A stretch of DNA of 64,000 bases from an uncultured Pelagibacteraceae bacterium (GCA_902534465.1 CACAPU010000004.1:16403-80402), one strand, 5' to 3'; shown: positions 47,274 to 58,067, numbered from the stretch's first letter. Notes: generated from the letters alone by a model not told the origin. Made by a program: numbers and translations.

Positions 47274-48046
47274 TTTAATTTATCGCTTCTTTTAATAATT
47301 AAACTTGGATTTTTAAAATCTTTTTTTCCATATCTAATTTCATTACCATCAAAATCTCTAATTATACCACCTGAGTTTTCTAATATGGCATGTCCTGCAG
47401 CAATATCCCACTCACACGCTCTAGGTTCAGCAACATAACCATCAAATTCTCCTGTTGCGATAACGCAAAATTTGAGTGAGCTCTTCATTTTAACGTATTC
47501 TGTTACGCCGATTTTTTTATGAATTATCTCAATTTCAGGTTTTAATATATTTGAGTATGAAACAACTTTTACCGAATTTAATGAAGTTAATTTTTTACAA
47601 TCTAATTTAGTTTTTTTATTATTAGATAATTCAAATGATTTATCTTTTCCATAAGAATAAAACATCCTTTTTTTCGCTGGTGCATTGATTAATCCTGCAA
47701 CAGCTTTTCCATTTAATATCAAACCAGCATTTAAAGTAAATTCCTCTTTGTTGTTAATATAATCATATGTTCCATCAATAGGATCGATAAGCCAAAAGTC
47801 TTTTAGATCTGTTTTAGATTTGTTGTGCGAAGTTTCTTCAGAGACAATTGGAATTTCAGGTGTTAATTCTAATATTTTTTTTGTAAGGAGCTTATTTACT
47901 TCAATATCACCATTACTAACTGGCGTATTATCAGATTTAATTTCTTTTATTAAACCTTGATTTCTAAGTTTAATAGAGAGATCTCCTGCAATTAAGAAAG
48001 TGTCAATTAAATTTTCGATAATATTTTTTAATTTAGTTTCATCCAT
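47270..48046 (-). CDS. cysQ: 3'(2'),5'-bisphosphate nucleotidase
   Basis: KSDNTPV, SEE, WLIDPIDGT, SSLKFC, EWDIAAGHA; likely ATG at 48046. Confidence 0.9.
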   Translation of the reverse strand: MDETKLKNIIENLIDTFLIAGDLSIKLRNQGLIKEIKSDNTPVSNGDIEVNKLLTKKILELTPEIPIVSEETSHNKSKTDLKDFWLIDPIDGTYDYINNKEEFTLNAGLILNGKAVAGLINAPAKKRMFYSYGKDKSFELSNNKKTKLDCKKLTSLNSVKVVSYSNILKPEIEIIHKKIGVTEYVKMKSSLKFCVIATGEFDGYVAEPRACEWDIAAGHAILENSGGIIRDFDGNEIRYGKKDFKNPSLIIKRSDKLK

Positions 48047-48215
48047 TACTTTCAATTCTCTCTAGCTCAATATTATTTGCATTTATCACTTTTTTACCAA
48101 CATTTTCAAAGTTCACAGTTACTTTGTCTTTAATTATCGACTGAACTTGACCAATACCCCAACTTTTGTTGGCAGGATTAATAACTTTGTCACCTGGCTC
48201 AAAATCTAAAATCAT
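48039..48215 (-). CDS. DUF3553-like small protein (58 aa), not in ORF track
   Basis: [45 protein letters not shown]...; WGIGQVQS and TVNFEN motifs. Confidence 0.82.
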   Translation of the reverse strand: MILDFEPGDKVINPANKSWGIGQVQSIIKDKVTVNFENVGKKVINANNIELERIESNG

Positions 48216-48256
48216 TTAATTTAACTTATAATAGAAATAAGTATAAATACCATCAA

Positions 48257-49375
48257 ATGAATTTAGAAACTAACTCTTTAGGATTTAATAAAAAACCATC
48301 AGAAACAACAGTTGTTGTTGCAATGTCTGGAGGTGTAGACTCCTCGACTGTTGCAGGAATGATGAAAAAAGAAGGTTATAAAGTAATTGGTATAACTTTG
48401 AAATTATACGATGACGGTAAAGAGGTTGCTGCTTCAAAACAATGTTGTTCAGGTCAGGATATAATGGATGCTAAGAGGGTAGCACATAAATTAGATATAG
48501 AACACAAGATACTATATTACCAAAGTAAATTTAAACAAGGTGTTGTTGATAATTTTGTTGAGAGTTATTTAAAAGGGGAAACGCCAATACCTTGTGTGCA
48601 ATGCAATCAAACAGTCAAATTTAAAGATTTATTTGAATTTTCAAAAGATTTAAATGCGGATGCTTTAATTACAGGTCACTATGTTAAGAGTTTGACGCAA
48701 AATAATAAAACAAACATGTATAGAGCAATAGATGAGAATAGAGATCAAAGCTATTTTTTATTCAATACCACAAGAGAACAATTAAACTATATTAGATTTC
48801 CATTAGGAGGATTATTAAAAGATAAAACAAGAGAAATTGCAAAAGAGTTAAATTTAAATGTTGCAGATAAACCAGATAGCCAAGACATATGCTTTGTTCC
48901 TAATGGAGACTATGCATCAGTAATAAAAAAGTTTAAACCAGAGTCCTATAAAAAAGGAAATATTAAAAATTTAGATGGAAAAGTTGTTGGCGTACATGAT
49001 GGAATAGTCAATTTCACAATTGGTCAAAGAAAAGGAATTAAAGTTTCCAACGAGGAACCATTTTATGTAATTAAAATTGATGCTGAAAAAAATGAAATAT
49101 TTATAGGACCTAAAGAAAAATTAGCAAAGACAGAAATTAATTTAAAAAACTTAAATCTTTTGGCAGACAATCAAGAATTTAATCAAAAAATTTTAGTTAA
49201 AGTAAGATCCACTGGTAAACTTTTAGAGGCAAATGTAAATTTTCAGAACAATAATGATGCAAAAGTTAATCTTTTTAGTCCTGAATATGGAATTTCACCT
49301 GGCCAAGCTTGTGTATTTTACAAGAAAGACCAATTTGGTCATAAAGTATTAGGTGGTGGTTGGATTAAAGATTAA
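48257..49375 (+). CDS. mnmA: tRNA 2-thiouridylase
   Basis: [39 protein letters not shown]. Confidence 0.96.
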   Translation: MNLETNSLGFNKKPSETTVVVAMSGGVDSSTVAGMMKKEGYKVIGITLKLYDDGKEVAASKQCCSGQDIMDAKRVAHKLDIEHKILYYQSKFKQGVVDNFVESYLKGETPIPCVQCNQTVKFKDLFEFSKDLNADALITGHYVKSLTQNNKTNMYRAIDENRDQSYFLFNTTREQLNYIRFPLGGLLKDKTREIAKELNLNVADKPDSQDICFVPNGDYASVIKKFKPESYKKGNIKNLDGKVVGVHDGIVNFTIGQRKGIKVSNEEPFYVIKIDAEKNEIFIGPKEKLAKTEINLKNLNLLADNQEFNQKILVKVRSTGKLLEANVNFQNNNDAKVNLFSPEYGISPGQACVFYKKDQFGHKVLGGGWIKD

Positions 49376-49380
49376 AAATT

Positions 49381-49464
49381 TTATTTCTTTTTATTTTTTT
49401 TTCTAGCTCTTCTCTTTTTAGAGCCCATTTTTCTACGGCCTCTGTGTTTTTTTGGGTATCCCAT
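49381..49464 (-). CDS. 27-aa highly basic small protein, not in ORF track
   Basis: MGYPKKHRGRRKMGSKKRRARKKNKKK; TAAGGAG just upstream. Confidence 0.65.
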   Translation of the reverse strand: MGYPKKHRGRRKMGSKKRRARKKNKKK

Positions 49465-49539
49465 AATCTCCTTAGTTTTACTATTTTATTGACTTATTTG
49501 GTGGATATAGCATTGTCCAATGAACATAGCAATTTTTTT

Positions 49540-50715
49540 ATGAGCAAATCGTTTAAGACTTTTTTAAAACATACTGCCAAAGATTTCCATAATCATTCAG
49601 TTAATCCGCCAGTAGTACGCGCATCTACCATAATATTCAAATCAATGAACGACATAAGACGAACTCAGTCTAAATATAAGAAAGATCCAAGAGGTGGACA
49701 TTTTGATTATGGGAGACAAGGAACATCAACAACACATATTTTGCAAAAAATTTTAACCAAGCTTGAGGACTCTTATCATGTTTTTTTAACACCCACGGGT
49801 TTTGGATCTGTTTTCTTAGCAATTTTTAGTGTTGTAAGACCTGGAGATGAAATAGTTGTTGCTGACCCTGTTTACAATCCAACAAGAGTTTTAACCCAAG
49901 ACTTTTTAAAAGAATTTGATATTAAAACAACTTTTTACAATCCTCATGATTTAAAATCTCTCAATAAAATAATTAAAAAAAAAACAAAATTAATTTTCGT
50001 AGAAAATCCTGGTAGCAATTCATTTGAATTTCAAGATCTATCAAAAATAATATCTATTGCTAAAAAAAGGAAAGTATTTACTGCAATTGATAATACTTGG
50101 GCAACACCATATTTTTTTAAACCGATGAAACTAGGATTTGATATGTCGATAGTTTCAGCGACCAAATATTACTCAGGACACTCGGATGTAATGGGTGGAA
50201 GTCTAGCAGTGAATAGAAAAGTTTTTAAACACGTTGAGAAAACACAAAAAATTATTGGTTTAAGATTAGGTCCTGATGATGCTTACTTGATAACTCGAGG
50301 ATTGAGAACATTAGATGTTAGATTAGATAAACATCAAGAAAATGCTAGAAAGGTTGCAGAATTTTTATCAAAAAATAAAAAAGTTAAACTTCTGTATCCT
50401 TATAAAAAAGGATCTCTTAATTACAGGTTATGGAAAAAATATTATTCAGGAGCATCTGGTTTAATGGGTCTAAAAATAAAAACTAAGGATAAAAAATCTG
50501 TAATCAAATTTGTTAATTCTCTTAAATTATTTGGTTATGGATATAGTTGGGGAGGTTTTGAAAGTTTAGCACTTCATCAAAGTAAGGCTGAGAGAGGAAA
50601 TAGAATTCATTCAGACATAAAAGAAGACGAAAAAATTGTTAGATTACACATAGGTCTTGAGGATCCAAAAGATTTAATTGAAGATTTGCGAAAATCGCTT
50701 AAATTTATTAGATGA
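49540..50715 (+). CDS. metC: Cystathionine beta-lyase
   Basis: VNPPVVRAST, YGRQGT, DNTWA, SATKYYSGHSD, YSWGGFESL; ATG at 49540. Confidence 0.9.
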   Translation: MSKSFKTFLKHTAKDFHNHSVNPPVVRASTIIFKSMNDIRRTQSKYKKDPRGGHFDYGRQGTSTTHILQKILTKLEDSYHVFLTPTGFGSVFLAIFSVVRPGDEIVVADPVYNPTRVLTQDFLKEFDIKTTFYNPHDLKSLNKIIKKKTKLIFVENPGSNSFEFQDLSKIISIAKKRKVFTAIDNTWATPYFFKPMKLGFDMSIVSATKYYSGHSDVMGGSLAVNRKVFKHVEKTQKIIGLRLGPDDAYLITRGLRTLDVRLDKHQENARKVAEFLSKNKKVKLLYPYKKGSLNYRLWKKYYSGASGLMGLKIKTKDKKSVIKFVNSLKLFGYGYSWGGFESLALHQSKAERGNRIHSDIKEDEKIVRLHIGLEDPKDLIEDLRKSLKFIR

Positions 50716-51932
50716 GTTCTGAAAAATTTTTTACTACAAAAAAAGCATTAATTACACTAATAGCAGCTTCATTAGTTGTTATTGTATCTCTTGGTATAAG
50801 GCAGACATTCGGATTATTTTTTTTTGATTTTAATGCTGATCTAAATATTTCAATTTCTCATTTTGGTTTTGTTATTGGATTACAATTATTGATGTGGGGA
50901 GTTTTTAGTCCAATATTTGGTTTCATAACTGATAGGTACGGAGGTGCAACCGCAATATTTATAGGATTTTTATTTTACTTAGCTGGACTTTTCCTGTTTT
51001 ATTCAGGGCTAAATACAGGTTATCTTTTTACTTTAACCATAGGACTTCTAATTGGAATTGGATTAGGTGGAACTGCTATAAGCATTCCAGTTTCAGTAGT
51101 TGCAAAGCATTTTCCATCATCTAATAGAACAATTGCTACTGGCATTGTAACTTGTGCAGGATCATTTGGTTTTTTTGTGTCGCCTTTACTTGTAAGATAT
51201 TCACTAATTGAAATTGGATGGGAAATAACGATTTTATATTTTTGTTTTCTTTTAGGAATTGGTCTAATAACAGCTTTATTTATTAGTACACCTAAAACTC
51301 CAGTTGGAAATAACGACAATAATAACCAAACAGCTAAGGAAGCCTTAATAGAAGCATTTAATAATAAAAGCTTTATATTTTTAACCTTAGGATTTTTTGT
51401 TTGCGGTTGGCATATAGCTTTAGTTGCTACACATATACCAACATACATGATGGATAGAGGTATGCCTGACTGGACAGCAGCTATGATTTTAGCATTAGTA
51501 GGTGTGTTCAATATGATAGGAACTATGGGAAGTGGTTATCTTGCAACTAAGTTTAGTAAAAAGAAAGTATTAAGTGCAATATATTTGTTAAGAGGCGTTT
51601 CGCTAATATATTTTTTATATTTGCCACCAAGTATATTTAACTCAGTTGTATTTGGAGTTACTTTTGGACTTCTATGGCTTTCAACTGTGCCACCAACAAA
51701 TGGTTTAGTAGGTCATATATTTGGAACAAAACATATTGGTCTTCTTTATGGAATAGTTTTTGTAAGTCACCAGATTGGGTCTTTTCTTGGGGCATATTTA
51801 GGAGGAGTTTTTTATGAAATGCATGGAAATTTTGACTACGCATGGTACGTTTCTATCGCATTATCAATCTTTGCAGGTTTGATACACTTACCAATTAAAG
51901 AGAAATCAATTGAAAGAGTTCAAACAGCATAA
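50712..51932 (+). CDS. MFS transporter
   Basis: About 12 TM segments; GIRQTFG, GFFVCGWH, HQIGSFLG. Confidence 0.88.
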   Translation: MSSEKFFTTKKALITLIAASLVVIVSLGIRQTFGLFFFDFNADLNISISHFGFVIGLQLLMWGVFSPIFGFITDRYGGATAIFIGFLFYLAGLFLFYSGLNTGYLFTLTIGLLIGIGLGGTAISIPVSVVAKHFPSSNRTIATGIVTCAGSFGFFVSPLLVRYSLIEIGWEITILYFCFLLGIGLITALFISTPKTPVGNNDNNNQTAKEALIEAFNNKSFIFLTLGFFVCGWHIALVATHIPTYMMDRGMPDWTAAMILALVGVFNMIGTMGSGYLATKFSKKKVLSAIYLLRGVSLIYFLYLPPSIFNSVVFGVTFGLLWLSTVPPTNGLVGHIFGTKHIGLLYGIVFVSHQIGSFLGAYLGGVFYEMHGNFDYAWYVSIALSIFAGLIHLPIKEKSIERVQTA

Positions 51933-53124
51933 ACTTAAATTTAGTCCATTTTTAGAAAATCTTTATCAGTCTAATAAGCCGTTGATAATATATAAAGTTG
52001 AAGGTGGTTACGATTTATTTACTGATTTTTCAAAAAAAATAATACTAAACAACAGAAATATAGAAAATTTCTTAAATTCTTTTTCAACAAAAAAATATAG
52101 AAAAGAAACAGATATTTTTATTGGCTTTTTTGGTTATGAAATACTTTGTAATTTACTAAAAATAAAAATTAAAAATCAAAAAAATATCAAATTCTATAAA
52201 GGTGTGTTTTATAAACCAGAAACAATTATAAAAATTAGAGATAAAATTAAAATATATTCAACAAAAAAAAATCATAATTTTAGTTATCAGTTCCAAAAAA
52301 CTAATATTTCGAGCCCCTTTAAGTTAAATATTAGCTATAAAAAGTACAAAAAAATATTTGATATTTTTTCAAAGAAAATACGTGAAGGACAAACTTATCA
52401 AATCAAAATATGCACTAAATATAAAAATAAATCTGAGATAAATCCTGTTAATTTCTTTTGGAAACTTATGAAAATTAATTCATCCCCAGAGTCATTTATG
52501 ATTAGAGATAAAGATTATTCAATAGTTAGTTGTTCTCCAGAAACATTGATTGATAGAAAAGGTAACACAATCTTCACTAAACCAATAGCTGGAACCCTAA
52601 AAAAGAATAAATTTTATAATAAATTAAAGGCTCTAAAATATTTTAGAAACAATAATAAGGAAACCAAAGAACATAATATGATTGTTGATCTTGAAAGAAA
52701 TGATTTATCAAGAATTTGCAAACCTGGAACCGTGGAGATTAAAAAGGAGAAGTATGTTGAAGAGTATAAGCATCTTTATCATTATGTAACAAGTATTGTG
52801 GGCAGGATAAAAAAAAATATTTCTGTAAAAGAAATAATAACTTCTATGATGCCTGGTGGATCTGTCATTGGATGTCCAAAAATTAAGACATTACAATTAT
52901 TAAACTCTCAGGAAAAAGAAGACAGAAATATTTTTACTGGAAGTTTTGGTTTTATCAAATTCAACGAAGATATGAGGTTTAATATAATAATAAGATCTAT
53001 TTTAAACTTTAAAAAACAATCAGAGATTTCTGCGGCATCAGGTGTAGTTTTAGACAGTGCGGCAAAAAAAGAATTTAATGAGAATTTTATAAAAGCAAAA
53101 TCATTATTAGAATTATTTAAATGA
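51910..53124 (+). CDS. pabB: Aminodeoxychorismate synthase component I (chorismate-binding)
   Basis: SCSPETL, KPIAGT, EHNMIVDLERND, PGGSVIGCPK; clustered with pabA- and pabC-like genes. Confidence 0.8.
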   Translation: MKEFKQHKLKFSPFLENLYQSNKPLIIYKVEGGYDLFTDFSKKIILNNRNIENFLNSFSTKKYRKETDIFIGFFGYEILCNLLKIKIKNQKNIKFYKGVFYKPETIIKIRDKIKIYSTKKNHNFSYQFQKTNISSPFKLNISYKKYKKIFDIFSKKIREGQTYQIKICTKYKNKSEINPVNFFWKLMKINSSPESFMIRDKDYSIVSCSPETLIDRKGNTIFTKPIAGTLKKNKFYNKLKALKYFRNNNKETKEHNMIVDLERNDLSRICKPGTVEIKKEKYVEEYKHLYHYVTSIVGRIKKNISVKEIITSMMPGGSVIGCPKIKTLQLLNSQEKEDRNIFTGSFGFIKFNEDMRFNIIIRSILNFKKQSEISAASGVVLDSAAKKEFNENFIKAKSLLELFK

Positions 53125-53678
53125 TATATATAATTGATCATCAAGACTCTTTTACTTGGAACGTTGTTCATCAATTTTCCCAATTTGATGAAGTTATCTG
53201 CACAAATTATTTTGAATTAAACAATAGCTTACTTGAAAAATCTGAAACAATAGTACTATCACCAGGACCAGGATCTCCTAAAGATTACCCAAATACATCA
53301 AAGCTCTATAAAAAATTCAAGGGAAGAAAAAAAATAATAGGAATATGTCTAGGATATCAACAAATTTTATTTTCTGAAAAAGCAAAAATTATTCAACAAA
53401 AAAATATTTTCCACGGATACCAATCAGAAGTAAAAGTAATAAGTAACAAGTCAATCTTTCAAAAAAATTCAAAATTCAAAGTTGGCAGATACCACTCACT
53501 AAAACTAAAAGAGCCATTTTCAGCTAAAAATTTTGAAATAACAATCAGATGTTCAAACACTGGTATTGCAATGGGTTTTGAAAACATTAAAGATGATGTA
53601 TATGGATTTCAATTTCACCCTGAATCTTTTTTAACAAAAAATGGTAAACTACTTATTAAAAAAATCCTATCAGCGTAA
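53121..53678 (+). CDS. pabA: Glutamine amidotransferase component II
   Basis: IDHQDSFTWN, SPGPGSP, GICLGYQ, QFHPES. Confidence 0.85.
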   Translation: MIYIIDHQDSFTWNVVHQFSQFDEVICTNYFELNNSLLEKSETIVLSPGPGSPKDYPNTSKLYKKFKGRKKIIGICLGYQQILFSEKAKIIQQKNIFHGYQSEVKVISNKSIFQKNSKFKVGRYHSLKLKEPFSAKNFEITIRCSNTGIAMGFENIKDDVYGFQFHPESFLTKNGKLLIKKILSA

Positions 53679-54411
53679 CACACTTAAAGAGATTAAATTT
53701 AATGATCTTTGGAATAAAAATGGTGTCTTTACTACAATGTGGATATACAACAGGCCACCTAAAATTCTTTTTTTTAAATCACATATTCAAAATTTAATCA
53801 AATCTTTAAAAGCTTATAAAATAAGTGAGGATAATATTAAAAACATTATTTTAAATTTAATTAAAAAGAATGTTAATAGAAAAATTTCTTACAATCATTT
53901 ACTCAGAGTTGCTTTGAATAAAAAAATTATATCTGTTTCTATTAGGGAGAGAGTAATACCAAAAAGTAAATTTAGTTTAAAATTAGTAAATTATGAGAGA
54001 GTAAAACCTGAGTATAAAAATCTGAAATATAAAAAAATATTAGAATTTTTGTCAAAAATGAATTCATCAAAACAGGATATCGCTCTATGCGTAAATAATA
54101 AAATTCTTGAAACTGGAACTTCTAATCTTTTGTTTGTTTATAAAAAAAAGATTTATTCGCCAAAATCAAATTATTATAAAGGAACGAATATTAAGTTTTA
54201 TGAAAAAAAATTTCGTATTATTAAAAAGGATATTTATCTAAAGGATATTGAGCAGTTCGAAGAAATTATATTAGTTGGATCAGGAAAAGGTGTTGTATCT
54301 GTTAATTTTATTGAAGGTTATAATTGGAAAAGAAAAAGTAAAGAAACGTTTAATAAAATTTTTAAAACCTTCAAAAGTGAGTTCAGCAAAAATATATATA
54401 AATATACCTAA
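53641..54411 (+). CDS. pabC: Class IV PLP enzyme (aminodeoxychorismate lyase-like)
   Basis: GVFTTM, YKNL (PLP Lys), ETGTSNL; follows pabBA. Confidence 0.7.
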   Translation: MVNYLLKKSYQRNTLKEIKFNDLWNKNGVFTTMWIYNRPPKILFFKSHIQNLIKSLKAYKISEDNIKNIILNLIKKNVNRKISYNHLLRVALNKKIISVSIRERVIPKSKFSLKLVNYERVKPEYKNLKYKKILEFLSKMNSSKQDIALCVNNKILETGTSNLLFVYKKKIYSPKSNYYKGTNIKFYEKKFRIIKKDIYLKDIEQFEEIILVGSGKGVVSVNFIEGYNWKRKSKETFNKIFKTFKSEFSKNIYKYT

Positions 54412-54809
54412 TGAGAGATCCAAATAATCCATGTCTTTTTTGTAATGTTCCATCAAGTGAGTACGTATTTGAAAATAATTTAGCCTTTTCTACTTTTGAT
54501 TCTTATCCGGTTTCAAAACATCATGCGCTAATTATTCCAAAGAGACATGTTGAAAACTATTTTGATATGTCTGAGGAAGAAATTTTATCCTGCAATAAGC
54601 TAATAAAAAAAATGAGAAATAAAATCCAAGAACTTGATCCGACTGTAGATGGTTTTAATATTGGCACAAATTCAGGTAAAGAGGCAGGGCAATCAATAAT
54701 GCATTGCCATATACATTTAATTCCCAGAAGAAAAAATGATGTGGATAACCCGCAAGGTGGAGTGAGGGGAGTTATACCTTCAAAACAGCATTATCAGCGT
54801 AAAAAATAA
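54411..54809 (+). CDS. HIT family nucleotide hydrolase/transferase
   Basis: CLFC, YPVSKHHALIIPKRH, AGQSIMHCHIHLIPR. Confidence 0.92.
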   Translation: MRDPNNPCLFCNVPSSEYVFENNLAFSTFDSYPVSKHHALIIPKRHVENYFDMSEEEILSCNKLIKKMRNKIQELDPTVDGFNIGTNSGKEAGQSIMHCHIHLIPRRKNDVDNPQGGVRGVIPSKQHYQRKK

Positions 54810-54905
54810 ATTATTAACAATATACCAGTGCTAAAATGTCACTTTATGGTAGTTGATCTATTTTAATAAGTATACTAAGAATCCATTTGCGGAAGGAACA
54901 TCATA

Positions 54906-55706
54906 ATGATTTCAACAAACCCATTTTTTATTTTATCCCAGAGTGTACCGGCTATTTTAATGCAATCGTTTGTTATACTTATGGGTATTTTAATATTAGT
55001 AGGGACTGTTATGGATATTATACATAAAAAAAATGTAAAATACTTTTTCCAAAATGCAAAAAAAGCAAAATTGTCAGCTAAAAAAGAATTAACTACTTCT
55101 GAGAGAATATCAGTAATATCAAAGACTATTGCAAGCGATATAGCAACTACTTCTGAGTTAGGAGCGGGTAAAAGGAGATTGGCACATGTAATGGGAATGT
55201 ATGGAACAATTTTATTTTGGGTAGGATCAGTTGTTATGATATTTTTTTATACTTCTCCAAATTCAGTAACACCTTCATTTTGGCCAATCATTTGGCACTT
55301 AGGTGCTGCCCTTACAGTTTTAGGTGGAGGTTGGTTTTGGTTTTTTTTAAGAGTAGATGTCTACTCCGAGGCTCAACCTTGGTATAGAATTATCCAAGCA
55401 GATTTATTTGTGCTAGCATTGATTGCATCTTCATTGTTTGGATTAATATGGTCATATCTTCAATCTTTAAATTTACAAGGCAGATGGGATGATTTTGTAT
55501 TTTTAGGATTATTTATAATTTCAAATTTAGTTTTATTTGGCGGTGTATATTGGTCTAAATTTGCTCACATGTTTTATAAACCTGGTGCCGCTTTGCAGAA
55601 AAATTTAGCTGAAGCTGACGGATCTCGAGATAATCTTCCACCTGAAGCTGATGCACCTGAACAATTTGGCCTGGGTATAAAAAGAGAAGAGCCAAAACAT
55701 TATTAA
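54906..55706 (+). CDS. aprM: APS reductase membrane anchor
   Basis: Multi-TM; VYWSKFAHMFYKP, EADGSRDNLP; precedes aprBA. Confidence 0.9.
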   Translation: MISTNPFFILSQSVPAILMQSFVILMGILILVGTVMDIIHKKNVKYFFQNAKKAKLSAKKELTTSERISVISKTIASDIATTSELGAGKRRLAHVMGMYGTILFWVGSVVMIFFYTSPNSVTPSFWPIIWHLGAALTVLGGGWFWFFLRVDVYSEAQPWYRIIQADLFVLALIASSLFGLIWSYLQSLNLQGRWDDFVFLGLFIISNLVLFGGVYWSKFAHMFYKPGAALQKNLAEADGSRDNLPPEADAPEQFGLGIKREEPKHY

Positions 55707-55740
55707 TATGATACAGAACTTAAAGGAGAAAATATAAATT

Positions 55741-56211
55741 ATGTCAACTTTTGTATACATGACTAGATGTGATGGTTGTGGTCACTGTGTAGATATTTGT
55801 CCATCAGATATAATGCATATCGATGAGACTATAAGAAGAGCAAAAAATATAGAGCCAAACTTTTGTTGGGAATGTTACTCATGTGTAAAAGCATGTCCTA
55901 ACCATGCAATTGATGTAAGGGGTTATGCAGATTTTGCTCCAATGGGCCACAGCGTAAGAGTTAGAAGAGAAGAGGAAAAAGGAACTATTTCTTGGAGAAT
56001 AAAATTTAGAAATGGTACAGAAAAGAATTTTGTGTCACCAATAACAACTAAACCTTGGGGAAAATTTATCCCAAAGTTAGCTGAAGGAGATAAGCCTAAT
56101 CAAGGAGAAATTAATTCACAAATATTATATTCAGAGCCAGAGGGATTAAATACAAATAAAGAATTACCAAAAGTAGACAAGAGCGCTTTTAAAAAAGGAG
56201 TTTATTATTAA
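55741..56211 (+). CDS. aprB: Adenylylsulfate reductase beta subunit
   Basis: CDGCGHCVDICP and CWECYSCVKACP [4Fe-4S] motifs; VRGYADF. Confidence 0.96.
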   Translation: MSTFVYMTRCDGCGHCVDICPSDIMHIDETIRRAKNIEPNFCWECYSCVKACPNHAIDVRGYADFAPMGHSVRVRREEEKGTISWRIKFRNGTEKNFVSPITTKPWGKFIPKLAEGDKPNQGEINSQILYSEPEGLNTNKELPKVDKSAFKKGVYY

Positions 56212-58067
56212 TGGCTAGAAAAACTATAGTAGAAGATTGTGATATTTTAGTTGTTGGTGGAGGAATGGCTGGAACTGGTGCAACTTTTGAAGCTAGACAC
56301 TGGGGTAGAGATTTAAAAATAGTTTGTGTTGAAAAGGCAAATATAGATAGAAGTGGTGCAGTTGCCCAAGGTCTATATGCAATTAACTGCTACATGGGGA
56401 TGCAATGGGGCGAAAATCAACCAGAAGACCATGTAAGATATGCAAGAAATGACTTAATGGGATTGGTTAGAGAAGATCTAGGATATGACATGGCTCGTCA
56501 TGTAGATTCAACTGTTCATATGTTTGATGAATGGGGTTTGCCAATGATGAAAAATAAAGAGACAGGTCGATACCAAAGAGAAGGTAAATGGCAAATAATG
56601 ATACATGGTGAAAGTTACAAACCAATTGTTGCAGAAGCAGCAAAAAAATCAGCAGATAAAATTTACAATAGAATTATGATCACCCATTTATTAATGGACG
56701 AAAATAATGAAAACAGAGTTGGTGGGGCAGTTGGATTTAATATGAGAACAGGTGATTACCACGTATTTAAATCAAAAACAGTTATTGTTGCCGCTGGAGG
56801 AGCTTCACATATCTTCAAACCTAGAGCTGTTGGTGAAGGGATGGGGAGAACTTGGTATGCCCCATGGAGTAATGGATCAGCATATGCATTACCTATTGCT
56901 GCTGGAGCTAAAATGACCCAAATGGAGAATAGAATTGTTCTTTGTAGATTTAAAGATGGTTATGGTCCGGTTGGTGCTTATTTCTTACATTTAAAAACAT
57001 ATACACAAAATGCAAATGGTGAAAATTATGAGAAAAAATGGTACGAAAAAACAAAAGAACTAGTTGGAGAGTATATTGATCATCATCCTACTCCTACTTG
57101 TTTACGTAATCATGCTTTCATCCAAGAAACAATGGCTGGTGGTGGACCAATTCATATGGTGACAAAAGAAGCATTTCAAGATCCACACTTAGAAACAGTT
57201 GGTTGGGAAAATTTCTTAGGTATGACAGTTGGACAGGCAGTAGTATGGGCTTCTCAGAATATTGATCCAAAATATACAAACCCTGAGTTAACAACATCAG
57301 AGCCTTATGTTATGGGCTCACATGCAACATGTTCAGGAGCATGGGTAAGCGGCCCAGAAGATTTATCTCCACCTGAATATTTCTGGGGATATAACAGAAT
57401 GACAACAATTCAAGGCTTATTCGGTGCTGGAGACACTGTAGGTGGAAGTGCCCATAAATTTTCATCTGGATCATTTACCGAGGGAAGATTGGCTGCAAAA
57501 GCTGCTGTAAAATACATAGAAGATCAAAAGGCAAACGATATTAAAGTAAGCGATAAACAATGTGATGATTTTAGGGAAGTTATTTATAAACCGTTAGAAA
57601 ATTATACAGTTGGAAGAAATGAAATAACCGGTGGAACGGTATCACCGAGCTATATTTCCCCAATCCAAGGTTTACAAAGGCTTCAAAAAATAATGGATGA
57701 ATATGTAGGTGGTATTAGTTACAATTATATGACGAACGAAAATACTCTTAAAAAAGGCCTTGAGTTACTTGCATGGCTTGAAGAAGACTTAGAAAATGTA
57801 GGAGCTGAAGATTATCACCAACTTATGAGAGCTTGGGAGTTAAAACACAGAACAATTACATCTCAATGTGTAACAGAACATACTTTGTTCAGACAAGAAA
57901 CTCGTTGGCCAGGTTATTATTATAGAGGGGATTATATGAAACTAGATGATGAAAATTGGCATTGTCTCACCCTATCTAGAAGAGACCCTAAAACAGGTAA
58001 GTTTACTATGGAAAAGGCACCTGTTTATCACATAGTTGATGAAAAAGAGAAAAAAGAAGCTTCTTAA
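56211..58067 (+). CDS. aprA: Adenylylsulfate reductase alpha subunit
   Basis: RSGAVAQGL, WQIMIHGESYK, RFKDGYGPVGA, GGSAHKFSSGS. Confidence 0.97.
   Translation: MARKTIVEDCDILVVGGGMAGTGATFEARHWGRDLKIVCVEKANIDRSGAVAQGLYAINCYMGMQWGENQPEDHVRYARNDLMGLVREDLGYDMARHVDSTVHMFDEWGLPMMKNKETGRYQREGKWQIMIHGESYKPIVAEAAKKSADKIYNRIMITHLLMDENNENRVGGAVGFNMRTGDYHVFKSKTVIVAAGGASHIFKPRAVGEGMGRTWYAPWSNGSAYALPIAAGAKMTQMENRIVLCRFKDGYGPVGAYFLHLKTYTQNANGENYEKKWYEKTKELVGEYIDHHPTPTCLRNHAFIQETMAGGGPIHMVTKEAFQDPHLETVGWENFLGMTVGQAVVWASQNIDPKYTNPELTTSEPYVMGSHATCSGAWVSGPEDLSPPEYFWGYNRMTTIQGLFGAGDTVGGSAHKFSSGSFTEGRLAAKAAVKYIEDQKANDIKVSDKQCDDFREVIYKPLENYTVGRNEITGGTVSPSYISPIQGLQRLQKIMDEYVGGISYNYMTNENTLKKGLELLAWLEEDLENVGAEDYHQLMRAWELKHRTITSQCVTEHTLFRQETRWPGYYYRGDYMKLDDENWHCLTLSRRDPKTGKFTMEKAPVYHIVDEKEKKEAS

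Noticed and set aside
49444-49539. N-terminal extension of metC, or a SAM-V riboswitch upstream of it
   Set aside because: Homology begins at ATG 49540; no SAM-V consensus is visible, and the region looks like a promoter (TTGACT...TAGCAT)
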